In this document: in pieces, positions 33,850 through 44,819 of the stretch
How positions within the stretch are numbered: position 1 is the stretch's first letter
Layout of the letters: each line of letters starts with the position of its first letter
Assembly (NCBI GenBank): GCA_030167865.1
Contig: JALAGF010006326.1
Coordinates: 1 to 50,058 of the forward strand
Direction: 5' to 3'
From: Craspedostauros australis
Lineage: Eukaryota
Length of the DNA stretch: 50,058 bases
Made by a program: the position numbers and the translations under genes
Notes under the pieces: model-generated
Seen by the model: only the letters and a program-made list of their open reading frames with translations
Told to the model about the DNA's origin: nothing
Databases searched by the model: none

Positions 33850-35202
33850 TCATGCACTTTTGTTCTGCTTGGAAATGCTCGCAGTCTCGCTGCGGTGGAA
33901 GTCGGTCGCTGACCCGGCAGTTCGAGATGCCTCATCTGGTCGTCTCGGAACAGTAGGCCCACGCTTCCTTTGTTGCAGCATGAGCCACCGCCGCCGCCTG
34001 CGAAAGCACTGCACGATACTTTCCTCGTGATCGACGAGAGTCGGGAAGTCAGCCTTCATCTTGCTGCAGTCGAAGGAATGCTCGCGGCTTGCCACTTGCA
34101 GGAGGTAATCGGCGGCATCCAGGTACGGAACGCGCGGCAACCATCTCGCCAACGCATGCACGCACTGCGTGAATCCCGAAACCAACCATTGCGGCACGGT
34201 GATCCAATGTCGGATCTCATGGGCGGCGCGGTATTGGTCGAGGTAGTACCCGTACGCCACGGGCCGTGGTAGGTGGAGCGGTCGCGTGTAGTAGTACACT
34301 GCATCGTGACGGCGCGAACGCAGCAGGTGGTGAATGGCGCAGGCCACGTTACGGCTGGAATTGCAGTCGATTGGAATCGGCAGGTACGATCCGATGCGCG
34401 ATTGCAGCCCCAGCGCGTTGCATTGGATGCATCGTTCGTCATCTGAGAAGATGGCGCCCAGTCGCAGATGCGTGCAAGGGATGTCAACGGTGTTGAGAAG
34501 CTGTTCGCAGTCGTACTTGAATCGATCGTAGGGCGCCGAAGGGCGCGGCGATGCTGGAGAGCATTCTGATTCGAATCGTTGTGCTTTCAAATGATCCGCC
34601 GCCGCGACCGACGAGATGTGCAGGATGTAGCGCAGCGAACCGGATTGTTCACGAATCAACGTCTCCAATCCCTTCAGTATCGCTTGGTGTTCCTCCTCTT
34701 CATGGATCTGCCTCGCGAACAGCTTGGGTCTGATGCCGACGATGAATACTTGCACAGTGTTGGGTGCGGGTCTCCATGATGTGCTTGCCTTCGTACCAAT
34801 GCCAGCGCGGATGCCAACGTCGGAGAGGTCCAGCGTGCGAAATGGTCTGGTTTCACGTAACCAATCTGGACGATTCGTTTCCTTGCCTGAATAGATCAAA
34901 TTCCATCTCGGATTCGTTTCCGTCCTCATCCTCGCACCGACATTCGCGTTCACTTGGTCAACAATTCCTTCTCCGTTTCTCTCGCAGGTGTCGCGAGATG
35001 TGCTATGCTCCCTTCCGATACTACTATGTCCCCATTCATCTCCGTCGCCTCGATCAAAGGTGTTGTGGAACGTCCGCGCCAAACAGGAAGATCCACCCAA
35101 CCAGAGGATCGTTGGGGCACCATCACTGCAAGATATCATTGGCGTTGACACTGATTCGGATACGCTCCCGACCTCTGAGGAGGGGACGGCTTGTTGGGGC
35201 AT
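33850..35202 (-). CDS. NAD(P)-dependent epimerase/dehydratase family (extended SDR) protein
   Basis: Degenerate Rossmann motif ILWLGGSSCLA, plus LHISSVAA, YDRFK (YxxxK) and HLRLGAIF. Confidence 0.75.
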   Translation of the reverse strand: MPQQAVPSSEVGSVSESVSTPMISCSDGAPTILWLGGSSCLARTFHNTFDRGDGDEWGHSSIGREHSTSRDTCERNGEGIVDQVNANVGARMRTETNPRWNLIYSGKETNRPDWLRETRPFRTLDLSDVGIRAGIGTKASTSWRPAPNTVQVFIVGIRPKLFARQIHEEEEHQAILKGLETLIREQSGSLRYILHISSVAAADHLKAQRFESECSPASPRPSAPYDRFKYDCEQLLNTVDIPCTHLRLGAIFSDDERCIQCNALGLQSRIGSYLPIPIDCNSSRNVACAIHHLLRSRRHDAVYYYTRPLHLPRPVAYGYYLDQYRAAHEIRHWITVPQWLVSGFTQCVHALARWLPRVPYLDAADYLLQVASREHSFDCSKMKADFPTLVDHEESIVQCFRRRRRWLMLQQRKRGPTVPRRPDEASRTAGSATDFHRSETASISKQNKSA

Positions 35203-36317
35203 GATTCAATTCATACCTTTCCGAATGATAACATCACACGAGCGGAGTATGTGCCATCGAACTTTACCATACAATTCTTAGGCAAGCGCTGTTCGCCTCA
35301 CGTGGAGTATAGAGTACGCTGCGCACCAATATGTCATAATAACACTAGCATGGTAGCAATACGCATTCTTTTGCTCCCCATCTCTCCTGCGCTGGCGAAC
35401 GCCGGAAGAACTGACCGAGCGGAGCATTCCGCCATGGTCGGTCCTTCTCCTTGCCGATCTCTCTCTTGGCGTGGTGTTCGTGTTTTTCTTGTTGTTGGGA
35501 AACGAAGGATCGAATTGGTCGGATGCGAGAATGTTGCTCCAAGATACTGTATATGAATATATACAAACATGTATACAATGGGGTATGCAGGCTGCAGGTC
35601 GCCAATCAGGGATATTTGCCATGTTCTTACGTTCACAGTGAATTGGCGAAAACAACGCGCTCTCGTCTCGTCGCCAATCGCCTTAAGTGGAAATTGCATG
35701 TGACAAACGCGCCGACACACCAGTTTCGATCGCTCACAAAGCCACATCGCGTTGTTGGCAGTGGACACCGTCGTCGTTGTGGACACCATCGTCAAGAACA
35801 TTAGCACTGTGGAGTACCAACATCGTCCCTATCATCGCGCACGGTAACAATCGGAAGAAACGCAGAAAGTTTCAGTGTTTGGATGTGGCTCAGTCAGTCC
35901 ACAGCCGCCAGTTCTCCGCACAGCGCCGATTCTCTGAGGTCGCCATCATTGACATCGCCATCGCTATCGACGTCGCCATCGCCATCGTCTTTCTCTCTGC
36001 GTTGGAAGAGGCGGACGGACATTTCGCGGAACGAAGAGAGACGTCCAGAGACACATCAGGTGTCGTGAGCATATGCCACACCAAACCAAACCAAACCAAA
36101 CATACACATACACACACACACACACTAATCACATCAAGATCACCTGGGAACGTCGCATCGCATCAACACAGATCCACGTTCCCGTCCATAACTTGTGTCT
36201 TTTGGACACCATCGTGAACAGTCCATCCTGGCAACAGCTTTGTCAACGAGTGGCAAGCCGGGCCAACTTGAAGACACATTGTGCACAGTTGAGCGCAACG
36301 CAACACATCGCAGCACC

Positions 36318-39300
36318 ATGGTGAAGAAGAAAACGACCAAGTACGGCGTGGTGCCGAAGCAGATGAATCCCGACATGTTCACGACTCGCAGCGATGACAC
36401 CAGCATCCCACCGCAGAATCGGTACAACGTGCAGATGGCGCTCAGCGAAGGCGTCAGCTCCAGCCGCACGAGCAGCGAAGGTGGACCGATCCGGTCGAGG
36501 GACCAGGAGGACAACTCCATCCTCACATCCTCCAGCGACAGCGAAGACGAGTCTTCGGAAGAAAGCTCGTCTGCCTCGGAATCAGATTCGGACATGTCGG
36601 ACGAGTCACGTTCGTCCGATGAAGACGACGAGGATGATTACGACCACGACGACGAGGATGTTGATGGTCACCATCACCGTCGCCGTCTCCATCATCATGA
36701 GCTCGTAGAATCGAGGGATGACAGCGAGAAATCAATCGAGGATGAGATGGCGAATGACAAGTACAGCGTCTTCGGTGGCATCATCGACGCCTACTGTTCG
36801 TGGATGGACAGGCAGAACGCCTGCTTCGGTCTGATGGCCGACGGCAAGGAGGTTTCTCTGCTTCGGGAGAGCAAGATCAAGACCATCCCGGTCCTGGCCA
36901 GATTGTCGAGCGAAGAGAAGGCGTCCTTATCACTGGCCGACGCGGATGAGAAGCGCAAGCGGCGTCTCGTACGCAAGGGCCTCCTAGACCCCTCCCACCT
37001 GGAGCGGTTCGGCTGCGCTGGAGGATCCTCCAACGACACATCGGAAGCGACCCCCAGCGATGATGATCGACGCCAGATCGATAGCAAAAAGAAATCTGCA
37101 GATGGAACCGCCACTCGTCAAGCGCTGGCAACAGATCGGGGCCTGCTGATGTATGCCAATGAAACCGAGAGCACGGCCACGCCAAGCAGAGCCGACAGGA
37201 ACACTCGACCACGTCCGGTGCCCTCGCGGAGCAACCACGCAAGCTACTCGTCTGATGCATCTTCTGGCAAGCCATCCGTGGGTTCTTCTGATGGCTCTCT
37301 CACGGTGTCGACGATGCGACCACCCTTGTCCAACGCCAAGTCCAAGCTCAAGTACCCTCCCATCGCTCATCGCAGAGGCCGTTCGCTTGGCGGTCAATCC
37401 AGCTCCACCATTTCAATGAAATCGTACTTGGACGCTGCGAATAGCGACATCGAAGGTGATGACATCTTGTTCCGTGCCCGCGACACCCACCCACGAGCGC
37501 AGCAACGTCGAGCGGACCAAACCGATGACGACCGCGAAGATGACGAGGTGGACGACAACGGCAACGGCAACAGCCACATCCAGAGCGAGGAAGAAGGCGT
37601 GACAACGGATGGGGGATACAGCCAAGGCAGCAGCAGCATCGCACGCGTCGTGCAGCACATCGCACCTCTCGACGATGACAACGAAAGTAGCAACGACGAG
37701 AATGGCAACGGCAGCATAGATGGAGACGGCAGCCACAAGAGTCTCGGCAGCAGCGGGAGCCGCCGCGTGGTGTCGGACGGTTCGCGCAGCGATCCTTCGG
37801 TATTGCCCCCCATCGACCTGACGGGCGTGGTGAGCACAAAGATATTCCCCATCCAACCCTCACCACCCTCATCCCAACGCAGCGTGCGTATGCTCGAGCT
37901 AACCGACAGCAGGAGCGATGGTGGGCACGACACCGGGCACGATGCCAGTCACGAGGACGGCAGCTTGTCGGCATCAGGTCAATCAACTAAAACCACTGCA
38001 GACGATCACCACTTCGCAACGACGCAAGGCAGCGGCGGAGCAGCAGAAAATCACACCATGATCATCCTGGAAAGCCACATCGCCGACGAGAACAACGCCG
38101 AAGGATTCCGCATCCTCAACCACATCGAGTCCGAGGATGACGACGACGACGATGCTGATGCACGATCCAGCAATGACGACTCCACAACATCATCTCGACT
38201 TTCCGCCAACACCTCTCGATCGGTCCGCAGCCAGCGGTCGACTCGATCGACGCGAAGCCGTGCCAGCACCGTTTACAGCCATCTCGATGAGGAGAATCAC
38301 TCCATCACCAACCACAATCGCCGCGTGCGCAACGTTGTTGTCAGCGTGGTGCGGAACGATGCGGCGGAGCAGATCATTCCAGAAACGACAGTTCCAAGGA
38401 GCAGGACGCCAGTGATAGAATATCATAATCATTGCGACAGTGATGAGGACGAGCGTGTGGATGTGGACGTCGACGTTGATGTGGATGTGGATGTGGATGA
38501 ACACGAGGGCGACGAACGCAAAGGCCAAGAAGATGTTGGCGACGAATATCACGACGCGATCGGATCCGCATTCTTCAGCGGAGAGAATGAGTCCGACCTT
38601 ATCAATGCAGGCGGTTCCATCGATGCGGATGAGCTCTTCGAGGAAGCCATGCGAGAAGTAGATGCCGTCTCGGAACGCGAGAGGGAAGACGCCGCAATCG
38701 CCCAGCAGCTTGATGAGGTTCTCGCATCGCCCAAGGCTGACGGTCGCGTGAACAACGTCAACGGCAGCAGCAGCATCGGTCGCAGCCGTGGTTTCGAGTA
38801 TCCATCCACGCCTCGTCGAGCTCAGGTTGGAGAGACAAGCGATGCTGTAATCGGTATTGTGACGGAGGAAGATACCGAGGCGCAAGCGCTTGCATCGACA
38901 TCAACAACTCCAGCATGTGCAACATCTCCACGATCTCTCAGCAGGTTTGACGGTGCACTGGAGGAGGACAATGGAGGCAATGCAAATATTGAAGAAATTG
39001 AAGAAATTGACGGCGGTGATGATGTCAATGCCAATGTCGGTGTCCATGTCGACGATAGTGACCACCAACCAGCCTCCCCAATCGTCTCTTCTCGCAAAAC
39101 GTCCATGATTAACAACCGTGCCAGCTTCAACCCAGCTGATGCACACTCCACGCAAAAGAGCGCAGCAGGTGCGTCGCGATCGCGTAAGGAGAGACCAGGG
39201 TTGGCCATCGTCACGACCAACGAGGAAGATGACGAAGACGAAGACGTCGGCAGCCACGGTGACACCAGAAACGACCACGACGACATTGAGAGCTCGAACA

Positions 39301-42300
39301 CCAACGAGGAGTCCACAAGCGATTGCAGCACCACCTCATCACCACTTGGACGGCGCCAGATTTCATCGACGCGAGAAGCTGCTGGCGTTGGAGGAGCTTC
39401 AGTCAACAACTCAACTCGCAGCCAGCGATCGACGTTGTCGCTGTCCAACCAGAGCGCCACCAGCGCAAACTCTCAAGGCGGTGGTACAACACGCAGAGCC
39501 AAGGTGAAAGCGAAGGCCAAGGCCGTGTCGGCAACCGGACCATCAAGCGGGCGCAACGAAGTCCAAGCGATCAACCTTGTTGCCAAACTGAGTGCAGTCC
39601 CTGCAACAACAACAACCGCAGCAGCGGCGGCTGGCATGGGCGCTGCACCAACTTCAGCACCAGCGTCGGAATTCGAAGCAACAGCCACAACAGCAGCAAC
39701 CGAATCGGTGACAATTACATCAAACTTGCCGGATCAAGACAGCGACGTCAGTCTGCCTGCGAACCCGTCCTTGGGAGACGATGATAAAGCCCGCGACGGT
39801 GACGACGCCAATGCGATCATCTCTGCCGTCTCACGCGATGACGATTGGACTGCGATGCAAGAACCGCAGGTGTTCGAACTGCTCGAGCTTGACAACGACG
39901 ACTCTTGGACATTAGATGGAGCTGACGACAACTCGTCAACACGAAGGAAACGAGCCAACACTGGAGGAAGCAGCAGTCGGCGCAGCACTCGCAGTGTCCG
40001 AAGCATCCGCAGCACCCGCACCGAAGAATACGATGGAAACTCGTCTCGACGAGGTGGGGCATCCACCAGAAGCCGGAATTCTATCGACCCCGATGCCATC
40101 GTCCTTCCCAACCCGTACGTCGGCGACCACGCGGGCATGCCGGGTGCCAACTCGCAGGTCTGGGGCGACGATGACACTGCCACGAAGCAGTCAAGTGTGG
40201 AAGAAAGGAGCAATTACAGCGGTAAACGATCCTCACCTCGGCATCCCATGCCAACCAGGATCAGCGTGGACCCAACTCCCACCAAGCAACGGTTGCCAGC
40301 AGACAATCGCGAGACACAGATTGTGTCGCCGCTCGGAATGATGTCTCCACGAGTGGAGCGGGACTTTGTGGACCGTTCCGAAGCCGAAGTGAACACGAAC
40401 GCCAGGACACCGACGGCAACCACACCCGCAGCAGCAGCAACAACAACAACTTCTGGAAAGACAGAAGTGGCTGTGCGACCATCGACAGGACGATCCGGAT
40501 CGTCTGCAGCCACTTTGACAGCTGCTGCAGCAGCAACGGCAACAGCTGCGCCAATGTCCTCTGCGGCATTCTCGCCCAACAGCAAAAGCAGCAGCGTTCG
40601 AGGGCAACGGCAACCACGCGGCGATGCCCAAGCCAGCAGGCGCCAACACTTTTGGCCTGATGATGTTGCCAATGACGCAATGGAGCCATCAACCGATAGG
40701 AAGGGAGACGATGCTGCGATGCGACGACAGAGCCCAAAGATGGACCCAGAACCATCCATCCGAGCCGAGCGCAGCGTTTCGAACATGGCCGCGACGCCAA
40801 ACTCAGACGGCGCCAAACTTTCTCAAGATGCGGATTATGCCAACGGTGTGTCCAGCCCGACGCACAACAACAAGGACATCGCATCGAACGACGTGCTCGG
40901 ATCGACTCAGCTTCGACATCAGGTGTCGTCTCCGGTGAGCGCAGTCAACTCTGCCCGCAAGCTTACGGACAACAAGCTGTCCAGCAACGTGATGCGTACC
41001 AAGAAGTTCAAGGCGAAGCCAAAGAAATCGTCGTCGCGCAAGGCCGCGTCCCCCCGCTCTCACAAGGTGGCCACCAAGATGCCGGACGCACCTGTTGCCG
41101 ATGGCTCCAACGCGACGAAGGTCAACAGCGGATCCGCGTATTCCAAACAGAAGGCACCGTCGCGAACATCGTCCAAGACCCCATCCCTGCTGTCTGCGAC
41201 GATGCACTCCAATCGCCACGTCTCCCAGCCGCCCACCCCAGCCAAGCACAACAGTATCCACGTCGATAGCAGCGCCACCAATGCCAAGCAGGTTGCCAAG
41301 ATGGAGACTGCTGCTGTGAACAACAGGGATACCATCAGACAGGAGGATCTTGACATGGTGCTGAACTCACCTGAACCGCTCGTCATGCACTACAGGCAAC
41401 AAGAACACAAGAAGCAGGAGTACCAAAAGCAGCAGCAGCAGCAACAGCAACAGCAGCAGCGATACCACCACCAAGAGCAGCATCAAAATCAGCATCAAGA
41501 GCAAAAGCAGCACAGGACGATGATGGCCACTCCACAACTGGAGACGCAGGAATCACCGAGGCACGTGCACCTTCAAATGCAACCAAGCCAGGATTTTGCC
41601 GACTTCCGTCCTGTCCCTGTCGCGAACAATGTTATGCGTGATCCTATGGAAGGGCCGCAGCGACGATCGCGACAACGTGAGCCACTGTACGAGGCGCAGC
41701 GCCAGCAGGAACATCACCAGGTGCCTGTCGATGAAGACGAAAAATTGCAACTCCCACAGCAGAATGTTACAACGCCCACGTCTCCATCGTCTATGGCTGT
41801 GGAGACTTCTTCACACAGCAGAAATCTCACGTTCAATCAATCTGTGCAAATGCAGGCACAGAAGCAGCAGACTCTGGTCATTAAGAAATCATCATCGCTG
41901 GTGGGACGCAAGCGACGCGACGGAGTGAACCTCATGGTGCAAACGGACATGACTCAGCCTCCAAACGCCCATCCAGCAGCAGTCGTGAACTCGGGGAGCG
42001 GTGCTCTCATGTACGATCATCATTCCAATGCCAACGCAAGCCCACGCGTGTCATCCACCCGAAGCTCCACGAACCCTCGGTCATTCGCAGCATCTGGAAC
42101 GCCCAGAGCAACCATGACGGATGATGGCACGATGTTGGTGAACAGGAAGGTACGCAAGGCGAAGACTCCTCGGGAGCGCTCCCCTCGTCCTTCCCACAGC
42201 AACATCGTGCCATCAAATGGAGACATGACCGCCAACGTTGACGCCAGCGTCAACGTAACCAGCAACGCAACCGGTAACGGTAACGGTATCAGCCGTCATG

Positions 42301-43922
42301 ACAGTCGTCGTGGCGCCATCATGCCGAGTCCGAAGGTTTCCGGTGTCGCTCCGACACCATCCCGCAGGCCCAAGACGCCGAGAACACCGAAAACGCCGAC
42401 GTTGGACCGTCTCCAGTCGTTGGAGGATATCCAGCTCATGATGAACTCCATGAAGCCTCCCAGCACTCCGCGCGAACGGCAGCGCTTGCGCGAGGAGGCG
42501 CAGATCAACTCTGGTCTCAGCATGAGCATGACGGATCGATCCGAACGCAGCCATTCCAACCGCGGCCGTCCAACGCCCGAGGTGTCGTCTCACTCCCGCC
42601 GGCAACGCAACATGCTCGACATGCGACGTGAGAATTCGTACAGAAACCTCACGAAGCACAGCGGCAACACGACGGGCAACGCCGCCAAGACGCCGAGCAA
42701 CATCAATGGCAGCAGGACGAACAGCAACATCAAGACCAAGAGCAGACGCAGCAAGAACAACGGCCTTTCCAGATCATCTCCAAAAGCAGCAGCAGCAGAA
42801 ACAACAGAAACTGCAACGCCTTCCAATGCGACTGTGAACCAAGCAGAAGACCGAGATGAGCAGCCAACGCGATCATCTGCCAATGGGCGAACTCGAGACA
42901 GGAAGGTCCCCTCGCCAACGACCCCAGCATCATCATCGTCCAAGATCAAGGACAGCACGTACGAAACAACCACGAAGGAGCTGAAAAGGTTGGAACGCAA
43001 GTTGGAGAAGCAGCTCCGTCAGGTGAAGCGAGTTGAGCTGATGAAGCAGAGTGAGCAAAAGCAAAATCCTGAACAATATCAGGACCAACAACCGCAGCAC
43101 CAGTATCAGGCCAAGGTGCAAGACCATGTCCGCCGCAACGACGTGGCCAACGCAAACGGCAGCGGCATCCGCAGATCTCAGCCCAACACCAACCATCCAC
43201 TCGACGACAATGATCATGGTCGCAACTATCAATGGAGTGCGGAACGGCAACTGTCCTCATCCAGAACAAACACAAAAGGAACGCGCAGAAGCAACGGCGG
43301 TGGTGGTGCTACTGGTGGTGTGGGACGAGGAGAAATGACGTCCTGGGACAACAAAAAGACCAGCACCAACGTGATCAACGGGAACAACAACGGCAACGGC
43401 GACCAGGTTCGCAACACCGATGATGCAACAACCGCCAAAGAGCTGCGACAGATCGAGAAGCAATTGGTGAAGAAGCTCAAACGCGACGATGAGAAACGCG
43501 CAGCGAAACTCAAGCGTCTCCGGTTGAAGCCGTCCACACCACGCGGTGGAAGTGGAAGTGGAGACGGAAGTGGGGCATCCACATTCTCGTCGTCAGTAGC
43601 ATCGTCTTCCACTGGTGGAGGATCGTCATCTGCGAGGACAGCGGCGGCAACAGCGGCAGCAACCGACAGCGGCATGACAATCCGGACGACGGGCACGCCA
43701 ACGTCTGCGGCGATGATGGTGGACGTCGCCACAACCCCTCAGCAACATTTTTCGCATCGCGGACGCGTCACCCCACGCGGACGTGAGCGTGTGGACCTGT
43801 TTGACAAGACGAAGCAAGCCAAGGTGTTGAGGGAGCAGACCCGTGGCGGTGTCGGTGTTGGTGTTGGTGGCATGTACCTTGGGAACCACGGCTTGGTGGA
43901 ATCAAGAGAGATGCGATCCTGA
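36318..43922 (+). CDS. Giant (~2530 aa) single-exon low-complexity/disordered protein of unknown function
   Basis: 7.6 kb uninterrupted ORF with an acidic D/E/S-rich N-half, an S/T/R/K/Q-rich C-half and two short coiled coils near the C-terminus. Confidence 0.8.
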   Translation: MVKKKTTKYGVVPKQMNPDMFTTRSDDTSIPPQNRYNVQMALSEGVSSSRTSSEGGPIRSRDQEDNSILTSSSDSEDESSEESSSASESDSDMSDESRSSDEDDEDDYDHDDEDVDGHHHRRRLHHHELVESRDDSEKSIEDEMANDKYSVFGGIIDAYCSWMDRQNACFGLMADGKEVSLLRESKIKTIPVLARLSSEEKASLSLADADEKRKRRLVRKGLLDPSHLERFGCAGGSSNDTSEATPSDDDRRQIDSKKKSADGTATRQALATDRGLLMYANETESTATPSRADRNTRPRPVPSRSNHASYSSDASSGKPSVGSSDGSLTVSTMRPPLSNAKSKLKYPPIAHRRGRSLGGQSSSTISMKSYLDAANSDIEGDDILFRARDTHPRAQQRRADQTDDDREDDEVDDNGNGNSHIQSEEEGVTTDGGYSQGSSSIARVVQHIAPLDDDNESSNDENGNGSIDGDGSHKSLGSSGSRRVVSDGSRSDPSVLPPIDLTGVVSTKIFPIQPSPPSSQRSVRMLELTDSRSDGGHDTGHDASHEDGSLSASGQSTKTTADDHHFATTQGSGGAAENHTMIILESHIADENNAEGFRILNHIESEDDDDDDADARSSNDDSTTSSRLSANTSRSVRSQRSTRSTRSRASTVYSHLDEENHSITNHNRRVRNVVVSVVRNDAAEQIIPETTVPRSRTPVIEYHNHCDSDEDERVDVDVDVDVDVDVDEHEGDERKGQEDVGDEYHDAIGSAFFSGENESDLINAGGSIDADELFEEAMREVDAVSEREREDAAIAQQLDEVLASPKADGRVNNVNGSSSIGRSRGFEYPSTPRRAQVGETSDAVIGIVTEEDTEAQALASTSTTPACATSPRSLSRFDGALEEDNGGNANIEEIEEIDGGDDVNANVGVHVDDSDHQPASPIVSSRKTSMINNRASFNPADAHSTQKSAAGASRSRKERPGLAIVTTNEEDDEDEDVGSHGDTRNDHDDIESSNTNEESTSDCSTTSSPLGRRQISSTREAAGVGGASVNNSTRSQRSTLSLSNQSATSANSQGGGTTRRAKVKAKAKAVSATGPSSGRNEVQAINLVAKLSAVPATTTTAAAAAGMGAAPTSAPASEFEATATTAATESVTITSNLPDQDSDVSLPANPSLGDDDKARDGDDANAIISAVSRDDDWTAMQEPQVFELLELDNDDSWTLDGADDNSSTRRKRANTGGSSSRRSTRSVRSIRSTRTEEYDGNSSRRGGASTRSRNSIDPDAIVLPNPYVGDHAGMPGANSQVWGDDDTATKQSSVEERSNYSGKRSSPRHPMPTRISVDPTPTKQRLPADNRETQIVSPLGMMSPRVERDFVDRSEAEVNTNARTPTATTPAAAATTTTSGKTEVAVRPSTGRSGSSAATLTAAAAATATAAPMSSAAFSPNSKSSSVRGQRQPRGDAQASRRQHFWPDDVANDAMEPSTDRKGDDAAMRRQSPKMDPEPSIRAERSVSNMAATPNSDGAKLSQDADYANGVSSPTHNNKDIASNDVLGSTQLRHQVSSPVSAVNSARKLTDNKLSSNVMRTKKFKAKPKKSSSRKAASPRSHKVATKMPDAPVADGSNATKVNSGSAYSKQKAPSRTSSKTPSLLSATMHSNRHVSQPPTPAKHNSIHVDSSATNAKQVAKMETAAVNNRDTIRQEDLDMVLNSPEPLVMHYRQQEHKKQEYQKQQQQQQQQQQRYHHQEQHQNQHQEQKQHRTMMATPQLETQESPRHVHLQMQPSQDFADFRPVPVANNVMRDPMEGPQRRSRQREPLYEAQRQQEHHQVPVDEDEKLQLPQQNVTTPTSPSSMAVETSSHSRNLTFNQSVQMQAQKQQTLVIKKSSSLVGRKRRDGVNLMVQTDMTQPPNAHPAAVVNSGSGALMYDHHSNANASPRVSSTRSSTNPRSFAASGTPRATMTDDGTMLVNRKVRKAKTPRERSPRPSHSNIVPSNGDMTANVDASVNVTSNATGNGNGISRHDSRRGAIMPSPKVSGVAPTPSRRPKTPRTPKTPTLDRLQSLEDIQLMMNSMKPPSTPRERQRLREEAQINSGLSMSMTDRSERSHSNRGRPTPEVSSHSRRQRNMLDMRRENSYRNLTKHSGNTTGNAAKTPSNINGSRTNSNIKTKSRRSKNNGLSRSSPKAAAAETTETATPSNATVNQAEDRDEQPTRSSANGRTRDRKVPSPTTPASSSSKIKDSTYETTTKELKRLERKLEKQLRQVKRVELMKQSEQKQNPEQYQDQQPQHQYQAKVQDHVRRNDVANANGSGIRRSQPNTNHPLDDNDHGRNYQWSAERQLSSSRTNTKGTRRSNGGGGATGGVGRGEMTSWDNKKTSTNVINGNNNGNGDQVRNTDDATTAKELRQIEKQLVKKLKRDDEKRAAKLKRLRLKPSTPRGGSGSGDGSGASTFSSSVASSSTGGGSSSARTAAATAAATDSGMTIRTTGTPTSAAMMVDVATTPQQHFSHRGRVTPRGRERVDLFDKTKQAKVLREQTRGGVGVGVGGMYLGNHGLVESREMRS

Positions 43923-44819
43923 GCTAGGAATGGGCAACTGAACACAAGCAACACAACACCACAGCACACCACAACGATTATTGAACAACCAACCGACTCC
44001 TGCAATGCGCAAACGACCAGGATGGAGATCAACAACAAAGACGAAACGAAACGACATTGAGGACTCTGTTCCAAGATGATGGAAACAAGCTACACATCAG
44101 ACCAAGCCAAATCAGGTCGCCGCAGGCGGGGAACGGCAATGGAGAATGGAGCATATTATTAAAAATTAAATTGTAACAAAGAAATGACCATTGGAAGTAA
44201 TCTACGACACCTCGCTCAACATGCATATCCCAGTCGCAATATCATCATCGTCTTGGAACATATTCTATAATGTATTATTCCATATTCGATTATAGAACAA
44301 AATAATAATAATAACAATGAAGTACTCCGTGAATGAGCTAAGCTATTCCACTCACTTAGATACACAATGACCGCGCAGGAACAGATCAAGAACAACCACA
44401 AGCCGACCTTGGCTGGACAGTGACAGGATGCACAGAACAGAACAGCGGCCTGTTCATTGTGGACCACTCTCCACAAGTAATATCACAAATATCAGAAATC
44501 TACCATGTTACATATATAGCACACCCAAAACAACATGGTCTGATGATGGTTCCTTGTCGACTTCACAGATGCTGTGCCACATCACTCCAATGTCATGGAC
44601 TGTCATGGACCGCCCCTCTGTCACCACATCTTCAACCCTCTTGCATCACCCATCGTGGACGTGGTAGGATCAGCTGAGTGGTTTCACTTCCACACCGTCG
44701 TGCATGCAGTCTGCGTTGGCATTGGTTCTCACCACATCCACATTCCACCACTGTTGCCTCCAGCCACCTCCTGTTCTCTGTCGTTCCACTCACTTCCATG
44801 ATGTATGTTGGAAGCCGGT

